DNA from: Marsupella aquatica
Lineage: Eukaryota > Plantae > Marchantiophyta
Direction of reading: 5' to 3'
DNA: 64,000 nucleotides
Assembly: GCA_973895155.1 (NCBI GenBank)
Contig: OZ316895.1
Location: 17,873,437-17,937,436 of the forward strand
The notes beneath the pieces were generated by a model. It made no database searches. It was not told where the DNA came from and worked only from the letters and a program-made list of their open reading frames with translations. Shown here in pieces: positions 36,015 to 48,932 of the stretch. Made by a program: the position numbers and the translations under genes. Positions within the stretch are counted from its first letter, which is position 1; every line of letters starts with the position of its first letter.

Positions 36015-36800
36015 TCAGAAATTAATGACGTAGCCCGTTTTGATCCACAGTGACCAAAGGTACTCGCTTCGAATTCCTCCATCGTCCAGTAAGTTGTAGA
36101 GAGCTGATATGCGTACTGTAAACATTCCATGTTCTTGAAGGTGCAAGAGCATTGTAACACGGCCTAAACCTTCCCAAAGTCTCACCGGGACCACTGGTGA
36201 CTTCTTGGGAACATTGACAAGATGTTCTCTCCAGAGGCTTTGGTCATTCACGTCCTCTTAACTCAAGTAACGACCAAGTAATTCGAGCGAGAATTTTTTT
36301 CGCAAAAAATTAGGTCTCGTGATTGATTGTTTCCTAGAAAACTGACTCGGAAGTCTTCGCCTGGGAGCCAAGCCGAGAATCACTTGTGGTCACAACGAGT
36401 TGACAGTTGCTCACCTTCAGCCAAGTATCTGTGACCAAAGCATCTAGTTCTGATTGTGGCTGTACATTGTTAAGAACGATCAAAACTTCTTTTCCTTTGA
36501 AGTATGATGTGGCACATCGGATTATGCTTTTGACATGTTTTTTCAATGCCCTTTCTCAAAACCGCTTCGCTGCTTTTTGAATGTGCTTCACAATTGTCCA
36601 GATATATGGAGCACGTAATAGCAAAGGTAGATATATGGAGCACGTAATAGCAAAGGTAGATATATGGAGCACGTAATAGCAAAGGTGTCAGAATGTCGTG
36701 GAAGACGTGCTAAGCTAAACTCGGAGTTAAATACACTAATGGGCACTGAGCGTCACTCACCCGTGAACATGCCGAGTCCAACCTCGTTGGTTTGATTAGT
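36015..36800 (-). pseudogene. NB-ARC (NLR-like) pseudogene fragment
   Basis: FKGKEVLIVLNNV (kinase-2/Walker B), LVVTTSDS (RNBS-B), SLELLGRYL..W (post-GLPL), degenerate SLA*HVFHDI after the P-loop position. Disrupted by a 29-bp x3 repeat at 36600-36686. Confidence 0.7.
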
Positions 36801-39204
36801 GACTGAATCGTAGGAAATTGTTACGACGGGAGCTTTGGGAAATGATTGCACTAACCATGTCTTTGGCCACACCTTAGTTGTCCTGTGACATCCATGTTAC
36901 AATGTGTGCTGTGTTGTTTCGCGGCATTGAAATTTCAGACCATGGATGAACAAAATTCCAGTTCTGGCTTCTTGTGGCGGGTTGTAAACTTCACACACCC
37001 TGCCACGAAGATGCATGGCATGCAATGAATATTAATAATACGGTAAACAAAAATCCATGTATCACAGACAGCGACATCAGATCTAAGCTCTTTGAACGTT
37101 CACGGCAAACTTGATGAAAGGATTTCATGAAGCGCATGGTTTCTTAGTACCTCCATAAGGTTGAGTGGAACCACTGCGCAACTCGAACTTTCGGCAAATC
37201 CAAATATTCCTTGAAGCTTGTTCGACAGATCAAAGAGTCAGTTCGACAAAGCTTCAGTCATATTTGAGATTTGTCATTTGCAAGAAAAATGATGAGTGAA
37301 ATAATTAGATGTCCAGGCGAACAGCAAAGGCGGTGCACTCATATCTGAAAAGCAACGCTGAAGTCAGTAAGTGGGTAGCTGGAAGGGAGTTGGAGTAAGG
37401 AAATTGTGTTGGTATAACTGGATTCGTGCGATAAATACATCCACACGGCATAAAATCATGAAAATGTGTAGGAAACAAGTTGCGAGCTTTACACAATCAA
37501 CTCTCTCTTCAGTTCTTCAAGCAAAGCTTACCTCCACAGCGAGTATTTACGCCACATTCATTTCCTTCTCATCTTGTCTCCCTTCACTCCAACTTCTTCG
37601 GTTCTTCCTTGGCTTATATATCTGCTGGCCCTGCAGGCGTTCATGTTGTCATTTTGGCGGAACACTGGCAATATCCAAGCTGAGAGCTCATACTGCATAG
37701 GGAAGTAGTCGGAGATTTATATCCTTGGCATGGAGACATCCGTCTGCCAAGGCAAACTTCATTCTAAGACCCGAATAATGCTAGTCAACTGAACGCACCA
37801 GATCTACGCGGCGAAACGAAAGTGAAGTTTTTGCCTGGACATGGGTGGTATTCAAACTAAGGTAAAATGCTCGCACCACAAAATGGAAGCAGGAACGACA
37901 GGACATAAGTAAGATCCAATTTGAAGGCATACTTTGACATCGGAAATTTACGACAACCGAGGAAGGAGACAATTGGAATTTGAATCTCTCAATGGTACAA
38001 TCGGCACCTCCGAAATGGCTTCAGCGGTCCCAGAGTATAAGTCGTTCCCTGTTTGACCTCAGCGACTCTGTACGATCGAGTGTGTTTGTTGTTAGGGAAA
38101 GACACCATTGCAGCCGAGATTTTCTCTCGTGATTGGGCTCACGCCGAGCTCACAAGAGTCGTGAGGCTGCAAGAAGACTAGGAGTGTAAGTAACACCGTT
38201 GCAGTCTCAGTGTCCATATCCTCGAAAGTGGACCGGGGTCACCGAACTCAATATTCCACCATTCAATCCTTTACTTCACTTCTGGGTGGCCACGATGCCT
38301 GTTCGATTGACGACATTTCTTTGAAATCATAGTTGTAGTCCCGGGTTGCAGTCAGGCCGGTGCAGCCCGGCACAGAACGTGTGCGGTCTTTTGCTCCTCA
38401 ATCTGTTGTCGTCTCCTCTACCTTATTGGGGGCCTCGAAGAGAGGTGAAAAGAGTCTCGCCGGCGGCCAACTACAATTAAATAGAGGACTACGACGGGGG
38501 CAGGAAGGATGCGTATGAACTTCTTGTCACGCGGTTCTGAAAATGTGAGGACTATGACATTCAACCCAAGGTTTTGCGCACACATTTTTTCAAAGTATGG
38601 CGGCACGTACAGGCTTAAGAATCACTCGACTTCAGGAACAATTAATCCGGTTTTCATCACTATTAGTTTCCGGTTGCAACCTTGAGGCCCACCTTGAGGA
38701 TTGAGCAAGGAAGAGACAGGGACTTCAAATCAAGTCTGAATCGTTAACCGGCCCTCCGATCTACTGTAGCTTTCAGAATGACAAATAATGGCATAACATG
38801 TTCGTTGAACTCGGTTAAACATCAATATCCAAGGAACCCTTTAGATCTTTTGCCAGAGCTACGCTTCGACAGAGTGCAAGTTGTTTTAAAGCTGTACATT
38901 GCCGGGCGGACAGCCCGCAGGGATCAGAGGTTCGTTTGAGGGGTCTTCACTCGCCAGACACGGTCGAGGAGCTACTGTGGGCCGATTTGATCAATACAAT
39001 TTAATGCTGATCATGGACGAACAAGACGGAAGGATATACAGCTCGAGAGCTCGAGAACCCGGCCCGTCATTGAGAGTTGCGAGGAATCACCACTGAATGA
39101 ACATGTTACTCAATGCAACCTTGTTCGTTTTCCGGCATTCATGGATTGAAAGAAAAAAACTAGATTATCACGGTATGCACGGGTGCCCCATTCGTTTTGA
39201 TCCC

Positions 39205-39874
39205 TATTTTTTTTTTCCTTGAAACATCTAATTGAATTCCATTCAAAGAGACAAAGTACAACAGGGTGGCCCACAACAAGGGGGGACAACATCCAAGGGG
39301 ACCAGAGGTCAAGTCCCAGGAACTGGGGGGCAGGACCAAGGTAGAGGCCAGGCCTCCAAGGAGAGGCAGCCAAACAGGACATTCAACTATTGTAGGGGGA
39401 GCCGCACACACCCAAGACCGGCCAGTGAAACAGCCCCGGCTGGGGGCCACTCAGTGAGTCCGAGACAAAAGGAGACTCGTCAATCTAATCTACAGGTCAC
39501 AACTTCTACCTTGAACAACAGAAACATTTCACGGGGGTCTAGGGGGCACTGGGGGAACCTGAAGGATGTCAGCGTGGACCTCCTAGAGGCCAGCGTAAGC
39601 ACAGTAGTCAAAGCACATATCCGAAAAAATGCTATTATCAGATGCCTTCCCTGCTCTCAACTTCTGTCTAAGAGAGCCTAGTCCCTATGCATGTAAACAG
39701 TGAGCCTATGCCAAAATTTCCTAATAACCACATAAGGGTCAGAGCTGGTGTGTTCGATAAAGTAGCGCTCCTGTCCTTCCAAATATTCCAATAAACAAGT
39801 GCCCTGAGGATGTCCCAGAGCCTTTGGGACACATCCCATTCATCAGGCACATCTAGGCCTGTGTGGGGTCCCTT
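39205..39874 (-). mobile_element. 5'-truncated LINE (3' end of ORF2 + 3' UTR + poly(A))
   Basis: WDILRALVYWNIWKDRS motif; poly(T) on + at ~39207-39216; TSD GTTTTGATCCC at 39194-39204 and 39875-39885. Confidence 0.85.
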
Positions 39875-40115
39875 GTTTTGATCCCGGTTTTGATACGAGT
39901 ATTAAGGATATGGTTGTCGCACGTGACCCCTAAAGTCTGTCAAAATGTCACCTTTCGAGACAAAAAAACAAGTGGTGTAAAGTATTATGATCAAACTTCA
40001 CCACCTACCCTACAGTAGCTATCATTGTGACATTCTGTTACACCCTGCCGTTCAATGAAGTTCTTCAATTAGACTGACCAGAATGATCCCACTCGCAGAA
40101 TAATATTAAGTACAG

Positions 40116-40250
40116 CACGTAGTCTCATACTGTAACCTAGAGTCTACATTTAAGCTGTACCACGTAGTCTCATACTGTAACCTAGAGTCTACATTTAAGC
40201 TTGGTACAGCACGTAGTCTCATACTGTAATCTAGAGTCTACATTTAAGCT
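40116..40250. repeat. Tandem repeat, ~45-49-bp unit x3
   Basis: CACGTAGTCTCATACTGTAACCTAGAGTCTACATTTAAGC repeated. Confidence 0.9.
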
Positions 40251-40396
40251 TAGCAACAGGCATGAATTTTTGGGCAAATTCTTGTGGATGCTGTGAAATT
40301 TGTTTTACTTGAGAGCCTCAAAACAGGGCAGTAAGGAAAAGGTAGGGGACATCAATTGTTTCATAAAACACCTTATAACCAGACTTTATGGGCCAT

Positions 40397-40700
40397 TAGG
40401 GCGTGTCAAAGTTCTCCCCTAACCAAAGTGTTACGGCTGAATTTTTTGGACAAATCACCCATATGGGATACTCAGTTTGGTAGTCTATAGTGATTTTGTC
40501 GTGACAGTAAGAGCATTTCATGTCCTAAGCTGTAATTGAGTTACAATTGTTGTAACTCAATTACAACTCAGGACATAAACTGCTTCTATGGCCAAGTCAA
40601 AATCACTATGGGAGACCAAAATATCTATCCCATAAGCATTTTACATCCAAACATCCACAGCAGTAAGACTCTGCTTACGGGAGAGTTTTGACACCCTCTA
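40397..40700. repeat. ~300-bp imperfect palindrome (fold-back MITE-like)
   Basis: Core GTAATTGAGTTACAA-ttg-TTGTAACTCAATTAC; outer TAGGGCGTGTCAAA...TTTGACACCCTCTA. Confidence 0.8.
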
Positions 40701-42154
40701 TTGGTTTGAGTGGATATGCATTGACGCATGTCATAAGGGATGAGTTATGAGTACTCTTGGAGTAAGTGCTTTTGACCCTTAACCCTGTTGGAGTAGCCCA
40801 AGTGTATTACCTCAACAGACAATCATGATAGCATTCTAATAATACACAGAGACTGGCCCTGGATGATGCAATGTAGCATGACACTATGTTGTGATGACAT
40901 GAATTCAAAGTTAAAAGTCCAGATTTTGGCTGGTGACCATGATATTTCCTTACTGAAGCCAAATTTGGCTTTCCACAACTTTCATGGCTGTTCTTGCAAC
41001 TCAGCCCTTAAGGCCAACTCAACTTGTTCGGGCTCCACTTTGAGGCTGGGCTTTGAGACTCCCTATTGATACTGCTCTGCTCTATCCTGACCTAACAACC
41101 TGGCATGTCAGACAGGAACGTTCATGGCCCCACCATTTCCGGGTCCCATGAAACCGTCTACACTCTACAGGTCCCTATCAAAGGTCATTCGGGTCGCCTC
41201 TCTGCCAGCTATAGTAGTGGGAAGGCAAGTTGGTCAAATTAATGTCATAAAGTGCCCACGAGAGGCCCACCCGAGAGCCAGAGATCATTCATCAACTTAT
41301 CCACTGGCAAAAGCTGGTTCGCGATCAACGGCGGTGGCTGTGAGTTTGCACGGATGCGCACATCGCTAGATTAGTCAGAAGACGTCGCGCCAATTCAACC
41401 GCAATTAGAGGGAAGCATCGATCCGCCACTAGGTAAGAAAGCTGGGCCGACCATTACCATATTGCATATCCTGTCCGAATACATCACTTCGGATTCGGAT
41501 GCGGAGAAGATAATATCCTGTCGCTAAAATTGTAGTGAGTGCTTGATCGTCTTTGGGTTCCACGGCAAAAATGAATTTCAAAGTGTCACAGTGTCCTGCC
41601 CTCCACAAGAATTGCAATTCGTCTGCCGAGCATCTTCCTTATTATACTGTAAACGATAGAATAATGAAACAAACACGAGCACCCTCGTCCATGCAAATCC
41701 ACCACATTATGCTGACGATAGAGACGAATACTGTACTTATCTGAGTAAAATCCCGGGGTCAAATTACGGATCCCAATGCCCTGGATGACCTACTGTAGTA
41801 TTTATGAAGATTTGCCTATTAAGTTTGGCATCTACGCCATTGAGAAAATGATGATCATTCCACACGAACAACACTGAGGGACACCTACCCAAGTATCATC
41901 GCCACTGTTCGTTTGACTGGGGATTCAGAAGAGTGCGGGTCTGGAGATGCTTTCTGCGCAGATCGGCAACCAGTAGCAAGTCATAAGCCAGTACAAGATT
42001 GATGCAAATCCATTCTTTCAGTGCGAGCATACGGACACAAAACACCTGAATGATTTGGTTTAAGTGCGAACCCTCGAGCTCAACAGCAGAAGCAAAAATA
42101 GTAGGTAGTCATTTACTTGAGTTGCACTAAATTCTAGAAACGGTTCAAGCGGTG

Positions 42155-42912
42155 TTAGTTACCGCGGATGCTGGCTACTCCCTCGGACAAATAGGCCACC
42201 GCAGCCCAGATTATGCCTGGACTGCCAACAATTTGCAAGCTGGACTTGATAAACGGTAGGAGCCTGTAATCGTCGCGAGATTCTTCGTACATAATCGCCA
42301 CGACGGAAAACGCGAGTGCCAACAACCGATCCTCAATAGAAGACCGAGCGACCGAAAGAATGATAGACGAGTTCCTATCCCGTTTCTGGAACTTCAAGAA
42401 CTGTTCGATATGTGGAAGTGTGTACCTTGCTGAGATCAATCCCGAGGAGCAAGAACAAGTATTGCAAGTAATAATCTCCACCAGTGCCCGTCTACAATGT
42501 CCTCCCCTCTCTAGCCCTACCCAGCGAGGCCGGGACGGTCATCGCTCTCCTGTCTCTTCCATTGAACACCCTCCGCGGACATTCGTCCACTTTCGCTACT
42601 TCTGCTCCTCTGCAATCCTCTAAGCGTCCGCTCTCTTGCGACTACTACTGCTTTTGTTGCGAACTCTTTTCTGCCAAATTCGTTGTCCTTCGTCGTTGTC
42701 ATTATTTTTTTTGCCGCTGTCCTATAATCTTCTCTACTGAGCTCGCTCACCTGTTGCTGCGTCTGCTTAGACCTCACTGAGAGTAGGTGTTGTTTTGGGT
42801 ATCTCGGACACGAAGTGGGAGCGTTAAAACCAATCGCAGTCACAAGGAGCACTGCGAGCAGTAGAGTCAGAGCAGATGAAAGGAAGGCTACGTGCGCCAG
42901 CTGAGAAGCCAT
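42155..42912 (-). pseudogene. Frameshifted gene fragment with N-terminal signal/TM anchor (type II membrane or secreted protein-like)
   Basis: MASQLAHVAFLSSALTLLLAVLLVTAIGF hydrophobic N-terminus; second frame 42155-42481 ends near a possible GT donor. Confidence 0.35.
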
Positions 42913-42944
42913 GAATAAAGTTAGTGCGCCAATGGACGACGCTT

Positions 42945-44410
42945 AACATGTGTTAATACCGATCAAATGCACAGAATGGCGGGCCAGCCCGGCCAGGTCA
43001 CGATCCGTCTCATACATTCTGCTCAAACCTCTTCTACTTTACGCAATACCTGCAGCTTGTTGTTTCTTGTTTCCCTGTCGTGACTGCTTTCCTTTCCTTT
43101 CCTTTCCTTTCCTTTCCTTTCCTTTCCTTTCCTTGTTCCTTCCGCGTGCACCGAGCGATCCCTCAACGATAGATTCACAGGAAATTCCGCGTGCACCGAG
43201 CGATCCCTCAACGATAGATTCACAGGAAATTGACTGGCTATACTTTACATCAGCCTAACATGTGTGACCACCAATCAAATGCGACGGGATCGCGGGCCAG
43301 GCCACGATCCCTCTCATCCCTCCTGCTCGAACCATTCAATCCTATTGTATTGTATGCAACACCTACTGTTCGTTTCTTCTCTCCTCGTAACTTCTTTCCT
43401 TTCCTTCCCTTCCTTTTCCTTCTACCTTTCAAGTGGAGCAAGCGATCCCTCAACAATATCTTCACAGGAAATTGAATGGCTATACTTTACAGCCGGTCTA
43501 ACATGTGTGAACATCGATCATATGCGACGGAATCGCGGGCCAGGCCACGATCCCTCTTATCCCTCTTGCTCAAACCATTCGATGCTGTTGTATTGTATGC
43601 GATACCTGCTCTTCGTTTCTTCTGTCCTTCTCGTGACTCCTTCCCTTCTACCTTTCCCTTGTAGCAAGCGGTCCCTTAACAATAAGTTCACTCAAATTAA
43701 CTGGCTACACTTTACAACCTGCCTAACATGTGTGAACATCTACCATTTGCGACGGAATCGCGGGCCAGGCCTCCCTCATCAAACCATTCGATCCTTTTGT
43801 ATTGCCTGCCATATCTGCTCTTCGTTTCTGCTCCCCTTCTCTTGTCTCCTTCCCTTCCCTTCCCTTCCCTTCCCTTCTTCCTCTCCCGTGTAGCAAGCAA
43901 TCCCTCGACAATATGTTCACTGGAAATTAACTGCCTACACCTAAACTCTACAACCGGGCTAACATGTGTGGACACCGATCAAATGCGACGGAATCGCGGG
44001 CCAGATCACGATCCCCCTCATCCCTCCTGCTCAAACCATTCGATTCTATTGTACTGCGTGCAATACATGCGCTTCGTTTCTTCTCTCCTTCTCGTGATGT
44101 CTTTCCTTCCCTTTCCTTCTTCCTTTCTCATGGAGCAAGCGATCCGACCTCTCAACAATATATTAACCTGAAATAAACTGCCTATACTTTACCGTCAGCC
44201 TACCATGGGTGATCACCGATGAAATGCGACGGAATCGTGGGCCAGGCCACGATACCACTGATACCCCCTGCTCAAATCATTCGATCCAACATTATTGCAA
44301 CACCTGCCCTTCATTTCTTCTCTCCTTCTCGTGATTTCTAGCCTTCATCCTTTCCCGTGTAGCAAGCGATCTCTCAATAGTACGTTCACAGGAGAGTGAC
44401 TGGCTATACT
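42945..44410. repeat. Tandem satellite, ~230-310-bp unit x6, with embedded (TTTCC)n/(TTCCC)n tracts
   Basis: AACATGTGTG..ATGCGACGGAATCGCGGGCCAGG..TGCTCAAACCATTCGA..AGCAAGCGATCCCTCAAC..TTCACAGGAAATT recurs at ~42945, 43258, 43500, 43726, 43961 and 44203. Confidence 0.9.
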
Positions 44411-45139
44411 TGACAATCGAGCAGTCTTGAATGTGAAAAAAGCAACCAATCTGGTCGGATCCGGTGGGGTCCCGGGAGTACAGTATCTTTGTGCCACTTG
44501 ACCACCAGGACAAAAATAATATATTGTTTGTTTGGCCGGAACGGTAAATTTTAGATTTTAGCGAGTGTACGGTGGCTTGACAAGAAATAGGGGGCCATTG
44601 CTTTTTGCTTTGTCCCCGTATGATTAAATATTGACCTTATAATGAGTAGAATGACAGCAAGATTAATATGGACTTTACAATGAGTAGAATTAGTTACAGG
44701 TGGCTTTGCAAAAACTCCCGGCCCATTCAGGTATGATGTCCACCCATCCTGCATGACAAACAATGCATGGGCTGGGTGTCCATAAATAATGGAAAATGTT
44801 AAATAAAAGATACCTTACCAAATATGTTATTGTGCCAAAAATGTCTCGATGGAAGTCATTGAAGGAAAGACCTGTCTTGGAGGCAAGGTGAAATTTTGAG
44901 CCCTATACCCATGCATTGCATAATTATCATTGTGAGTGTGTTGTGCTTGTGGTTGGGTTGGGGCAGTTATGCTGTGGTTGTTGAAAGTCAACTTTTGTCG
45001 TCATGGTGGCCCATTGATTGTTGTGCAAGTGTTATCATTGGTTGTGTCATCTTATCATCTATGTAATCATGTTGTGGTTGTGGAAGTGTCTTATAATCTA
45101 TGTAATCATTTTAGGCCTCTTCCCTCTAAAATGTAAGAA

Positions 45140-45352
45140 AAAACAATTATTTTTCAACCCCTATAAAGTTGGAATATTCTTGGCATATTCTAAAATTTTG
45201 GTTTTCTAATGTTCTTATAAGTCTCAAAATTGGATTTGAAAAACCATATTGTTCTTTTGACAAAATTCTTAAGTCTTCTCTTTGAACCAATAAAATGACC
45301 ATATCCTTTGTCGCACGTGATGTGTCATTTTTGTGGAAGTGAAACCCCCGAG
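45140..45352 (+). mobile_element. Right end of an element related to MITE families A/B
   Basis: GCACGTGATGTGTC..GAAGTGAAACCCCCGAG matches the MITE right-end motif; no TSD found. Confidence 0.55.
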
Positions 45353-45611
45353 GGTAACCCCCAAACTGATCATTAATCATAACTGGCTCTCAAACATTTT
45401 TTATTACTATATTGTCCTCCAAATAATATACGAGTTTGAGTAACCTGTATTCATGCCACGAGAGTGCCTGGTCGGTCCTCCATCGACCCGCTCCCCTCCA
45501 ATCGCGCTCCCATTTTGGACATGGTAAAGCTACGGTTAGTCCAATGGTTGAGTCACTTCCTCACTTTTCCGAATAGAAATGTAGTAACATGCGAGGGCTA
45601 GAGCTTATAGC

Positions 45612-45906
45612 CCCAAGGTCCTCACTTCTTTTCTTGCGACCCATCATGCGCAAATAAGTATAGGGTTTTTTATTGGATTTAGTGAAATACTTTTAAATTT
45701 TTGTTGAAGAACATTAGTGTTATTTTAATCCAATCTTAAGAATTATAAGAATCATAGGGTTTTTTAAAATCAAATTTGGGAATATTCCATTAAGTTAGGG
45801 TTATAAAAATTCCTCAAAAAAACTTTATTGACTTAAGTTTTAGGGTGTTTATTCCCCCAAAACTATGTGCGTGATATGGAACACCCCTTGGACTGAGGCC
45901 CCAGAG
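45612..45906 (-). mobile_element. MITE family B, 295 bp, 8-bp TSD CTTATAGC
   Basis: Reverse complement of 47892-48195; TSD at 45604-45611 and 45907-45914. Confidence 0.88.
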
Positions 45907-47891
45907 CTTATAGCCAATAGGGCATCCAAGATACTCCATGTTTTCACCAGCCTGGGCCAGGCTACAGCCAATTTCATCGAGCCATTCAGGGTACACACCA
46001 TCCACAAGATACAACAAGATGATCTTGGACTTCCTCACGTTAAGGAGAGCTCCGGACAAGGTCTCGTACCTATGTATAGTAGCCCTTGCAGTTTTGAATT
46101 CTTGGTAAGTGGCATCTAGAAACATCCTCGTATCGTTTGCAAACAGTTGGTGACATACTTGGCTATCCTCTTGAATCTGCAGGCCTTTTAGGCTTCCCTC
46201 CTAGAGCTTCTTCTTTATCAGGGCCATCAGCGGCTGGGTGGTAAGGACAAAAAGGAGAGAGGATAGAGGACATCCTTGCCTGACTCCTCTGCTGAGTGTG
46301 ATAGGGTTAGTGAATTGGCCATTGATGTGCACCTTAGATTGAGTGCCCTCAACCAGCCCCCGAATGAGGTTTATCAAGCAATCATCAAAGTTCATAGCTC
46401 TTAAGACAGCCCAAAGGAACGAGTGCTCAACCCTGTCATACACCTTGGTAAAGTCCAATTTCAGTAAAGTAGCGGCTTCTTTTAAATTGTTGCAAAGTCT
46501 TGCAAAGTCTTGAATGTCATGATGTTTTCAAGAATGTCCATGCCCACCAAGAATCCAGACTGTTGGTGGTCAACAAGTTTGCTCGCTACCAGTTTGATCC
46601 GGTTGGCAAGGATCTTGGCAACTAGTTTCTCAGTCAGAGTGAGCATTGTCAGTGGTCTCCAATCGCTCAGGTCTAAGACTTCCATATTCTTTGGGATAAG
46701 CTTAATAACCCTAGCAGAAGCACGAGAGGTCATCGTACCATCCTTCCAGAATGCACAAACCATAGCCTAACAGGCATCCTTCATGTATGGCCATCCCCTA
46801 CAAAGCACCTCAGCAGTTACTCTGTCAATCCTCTGTAGGTTCTGTTGCAAGTGCCTGATTGTCTGCTTGAGTTATCTTAACGTCAATCAGATCCTGAATC
46901 TCCTTTTGTGCCTCATTGTGAGCAAGGACAAGTGGGTCTTTGGCGTAGAGGTCCGACTATAACTTGGTGATTTTATGTAACATCTGGTCCTTGTCTTTGC
47001 TGATCTCTCCCGTGGCGAGTTTGAGTTGTTTGATGTTTTCCTTGGCATGCTTCACTTTTAGTTGGTTGAAAAAGTATTTAGTGGGCGCATCACCCAACTG
47101 CAACCATCTAATTCCCCATCTAATTTGGCTCTTTCTCCTGAGTTTGGCAGCTTCCTCATGTGTGAGCTTCTTTGTATGTTCAGTTTCCTGCCTCAATGCA
47201 TCCGCGTTTACAGCTTGGGGGGTGATGCCAGCGTTGATTCTCAGCTCCTGTAACTCATTCCCTGGGTGGTGTAAATAGAAGTTTGCTTGTCATCTCCTCT
47301 TCTCAGCTTGCAGGAATTTCTTGATGCCTCCCCATGCAAGGTCCCAATTCACCTTTGGATCCCTATCTATAACCATGTGGTGGCCCCAGATTTCCTCCAT
47401 CTCCTAGTCCATCTCAGGCATGTCAATTATGGAAGCATCCATTTTGAAGAAGGTGGATTTCCGTTGATTGCACGGGGGACCTTGCTTCTCAGGACCATGG
47501 TAGTCGAGACTGGATATGATCAGAGAGGGTCTCCCTGCCATCGTGCTCACAGGATTCCACGTATTCTCACCAGTTATTTTGATTGCTGCTATAGCTCCGG
47601 TCCAGTCTAGACTGGTCTAAGCGAGTGGAGTGGGCTACTTGCCTTGTATAAGTCGGTCCGGTTCTTGTTCTAGCACAAAGAGAGTTGTCTACCAGGTCAA
47701 GATGGTCCACCAGTTTATTCCAAGCCCTGTTTTCTGATCTGTGCATAAGTGCATGTGGCCCCACTACATCATCCCACACTTTGGTCATGTTCCAATCCCC
47801 ACATATGAGCCAATTCAATTTTGGTAGCTTTTGTTTGAGCCACTTCCATAGGTTGATGCGCTCTCTTCTTTCGTTTGGTGCATAGACAGAG

Positions 47892-48195
47892 CTCGGGGGC
47901 CTCAATCCAAGGGGTGTCCCATATCACGCTCAGTTTTGGGGGAATAAACACCCTAAAAGTTAAGTCAATAAAGTTTCTTTTAGGAATTTTTTTACCCCTA
48001 ACTTAATAGAATATTCCAAGAATATTCCCATATTTGATTTAAAAAACCCTATGATTCTTAGAATTCTCAAAATTGGATTAAAATAACCCTAATGTTCTTC
48101 AACAAAAATTTAAAAGTATTTCACTAAACCCAATAAAAAAACCCTATACTTATTCGCGTGTGATGGGTCGGAAGAAAAGAAGTGAGGACCCCGGG
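47892..48195 (+). mobile_element. MITE family B, 304 bp, 8-bp TSD AGACAGAG
   Basis: TIRs CTCGGGGGCCTCA / TGAGGACCCCGGG. Removal restores the LINE endonuclease sequence IGSVYAPN. Confidence 0.9.
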
Positions 48196-48932
48196 AGACA
48201 GAGCCAATGCATATGGCTCCAACCACGGTCTGGATCATGGCCCACACAAAATGTTTGCCCCATTTGCTTCCGTGCTCCAGAATCTGAACAAATGCCGGAA
48301 GCAGCAAGGCCGTCCCCACCCAATCATTCTCATCGTTGTCCATCAGAATGGTTGCATCCCGATCGAGCACCCTCAATTGAAATTGTGCTTTGCTTCATTC
48401 ACCTTCAGTTCCTGTATCGAGTTTTCATGTTGGTTTCTCCTTTGCCATCTTCCAATCTGTTTCAGTTTCAAGGGGTCATTGAGGACCCTAACATTCCACT
48501 GACAAACCTTTAGTTTGTCATTCATCATCATCGGTGGGTCATTTGGTTCCCATTCGGGTACCTCCAAGCTTCTCACCTTTTTGTCTCTTCGTTTTTGTGT
48601 TGTTTGCAGCCAAGAAGTTTGGTTCGTGCCTACATTGATTTCTCGTGGCATTGTTGCTCAACTATTCTCCCCCACCATAATTGCTCCCAGTAGTGTCTTT
48701 TTTTCCCCCTGTTGTGCCAATTAGATTGTATGGAGTCTCTTCTAGCACTACTTCCTTCATGCGCTTATCGCTGGCAAAAGTCAGTGTAGGGCCCGGGTTC
48801 AGGGTTTTTTGTTTTCTTTGGAGGATGTCTAGGAGTGGATTCCCTTCTCGTGGGTGAGCCAACTTTCCGTGTCTCCCATCCCTGACTGGGCAATGCCTCA
48901 GCTTTCCTGGCATTTTTAGTTGCATCTGTTTT

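Noticed and set aside
41429-42481. Xyloglucan fucosyltransferase-like assignment for the minus-strand fragments
   Set aside because: Only a vague resemblance (IEDRLLALA vs GLGNR); not enough to support a call.
43264-44171. 209-aa and 147-aa repetitive ORFs
   Set aside because: They are translations of the tandem satellite with microsatellite-derived low complexity.
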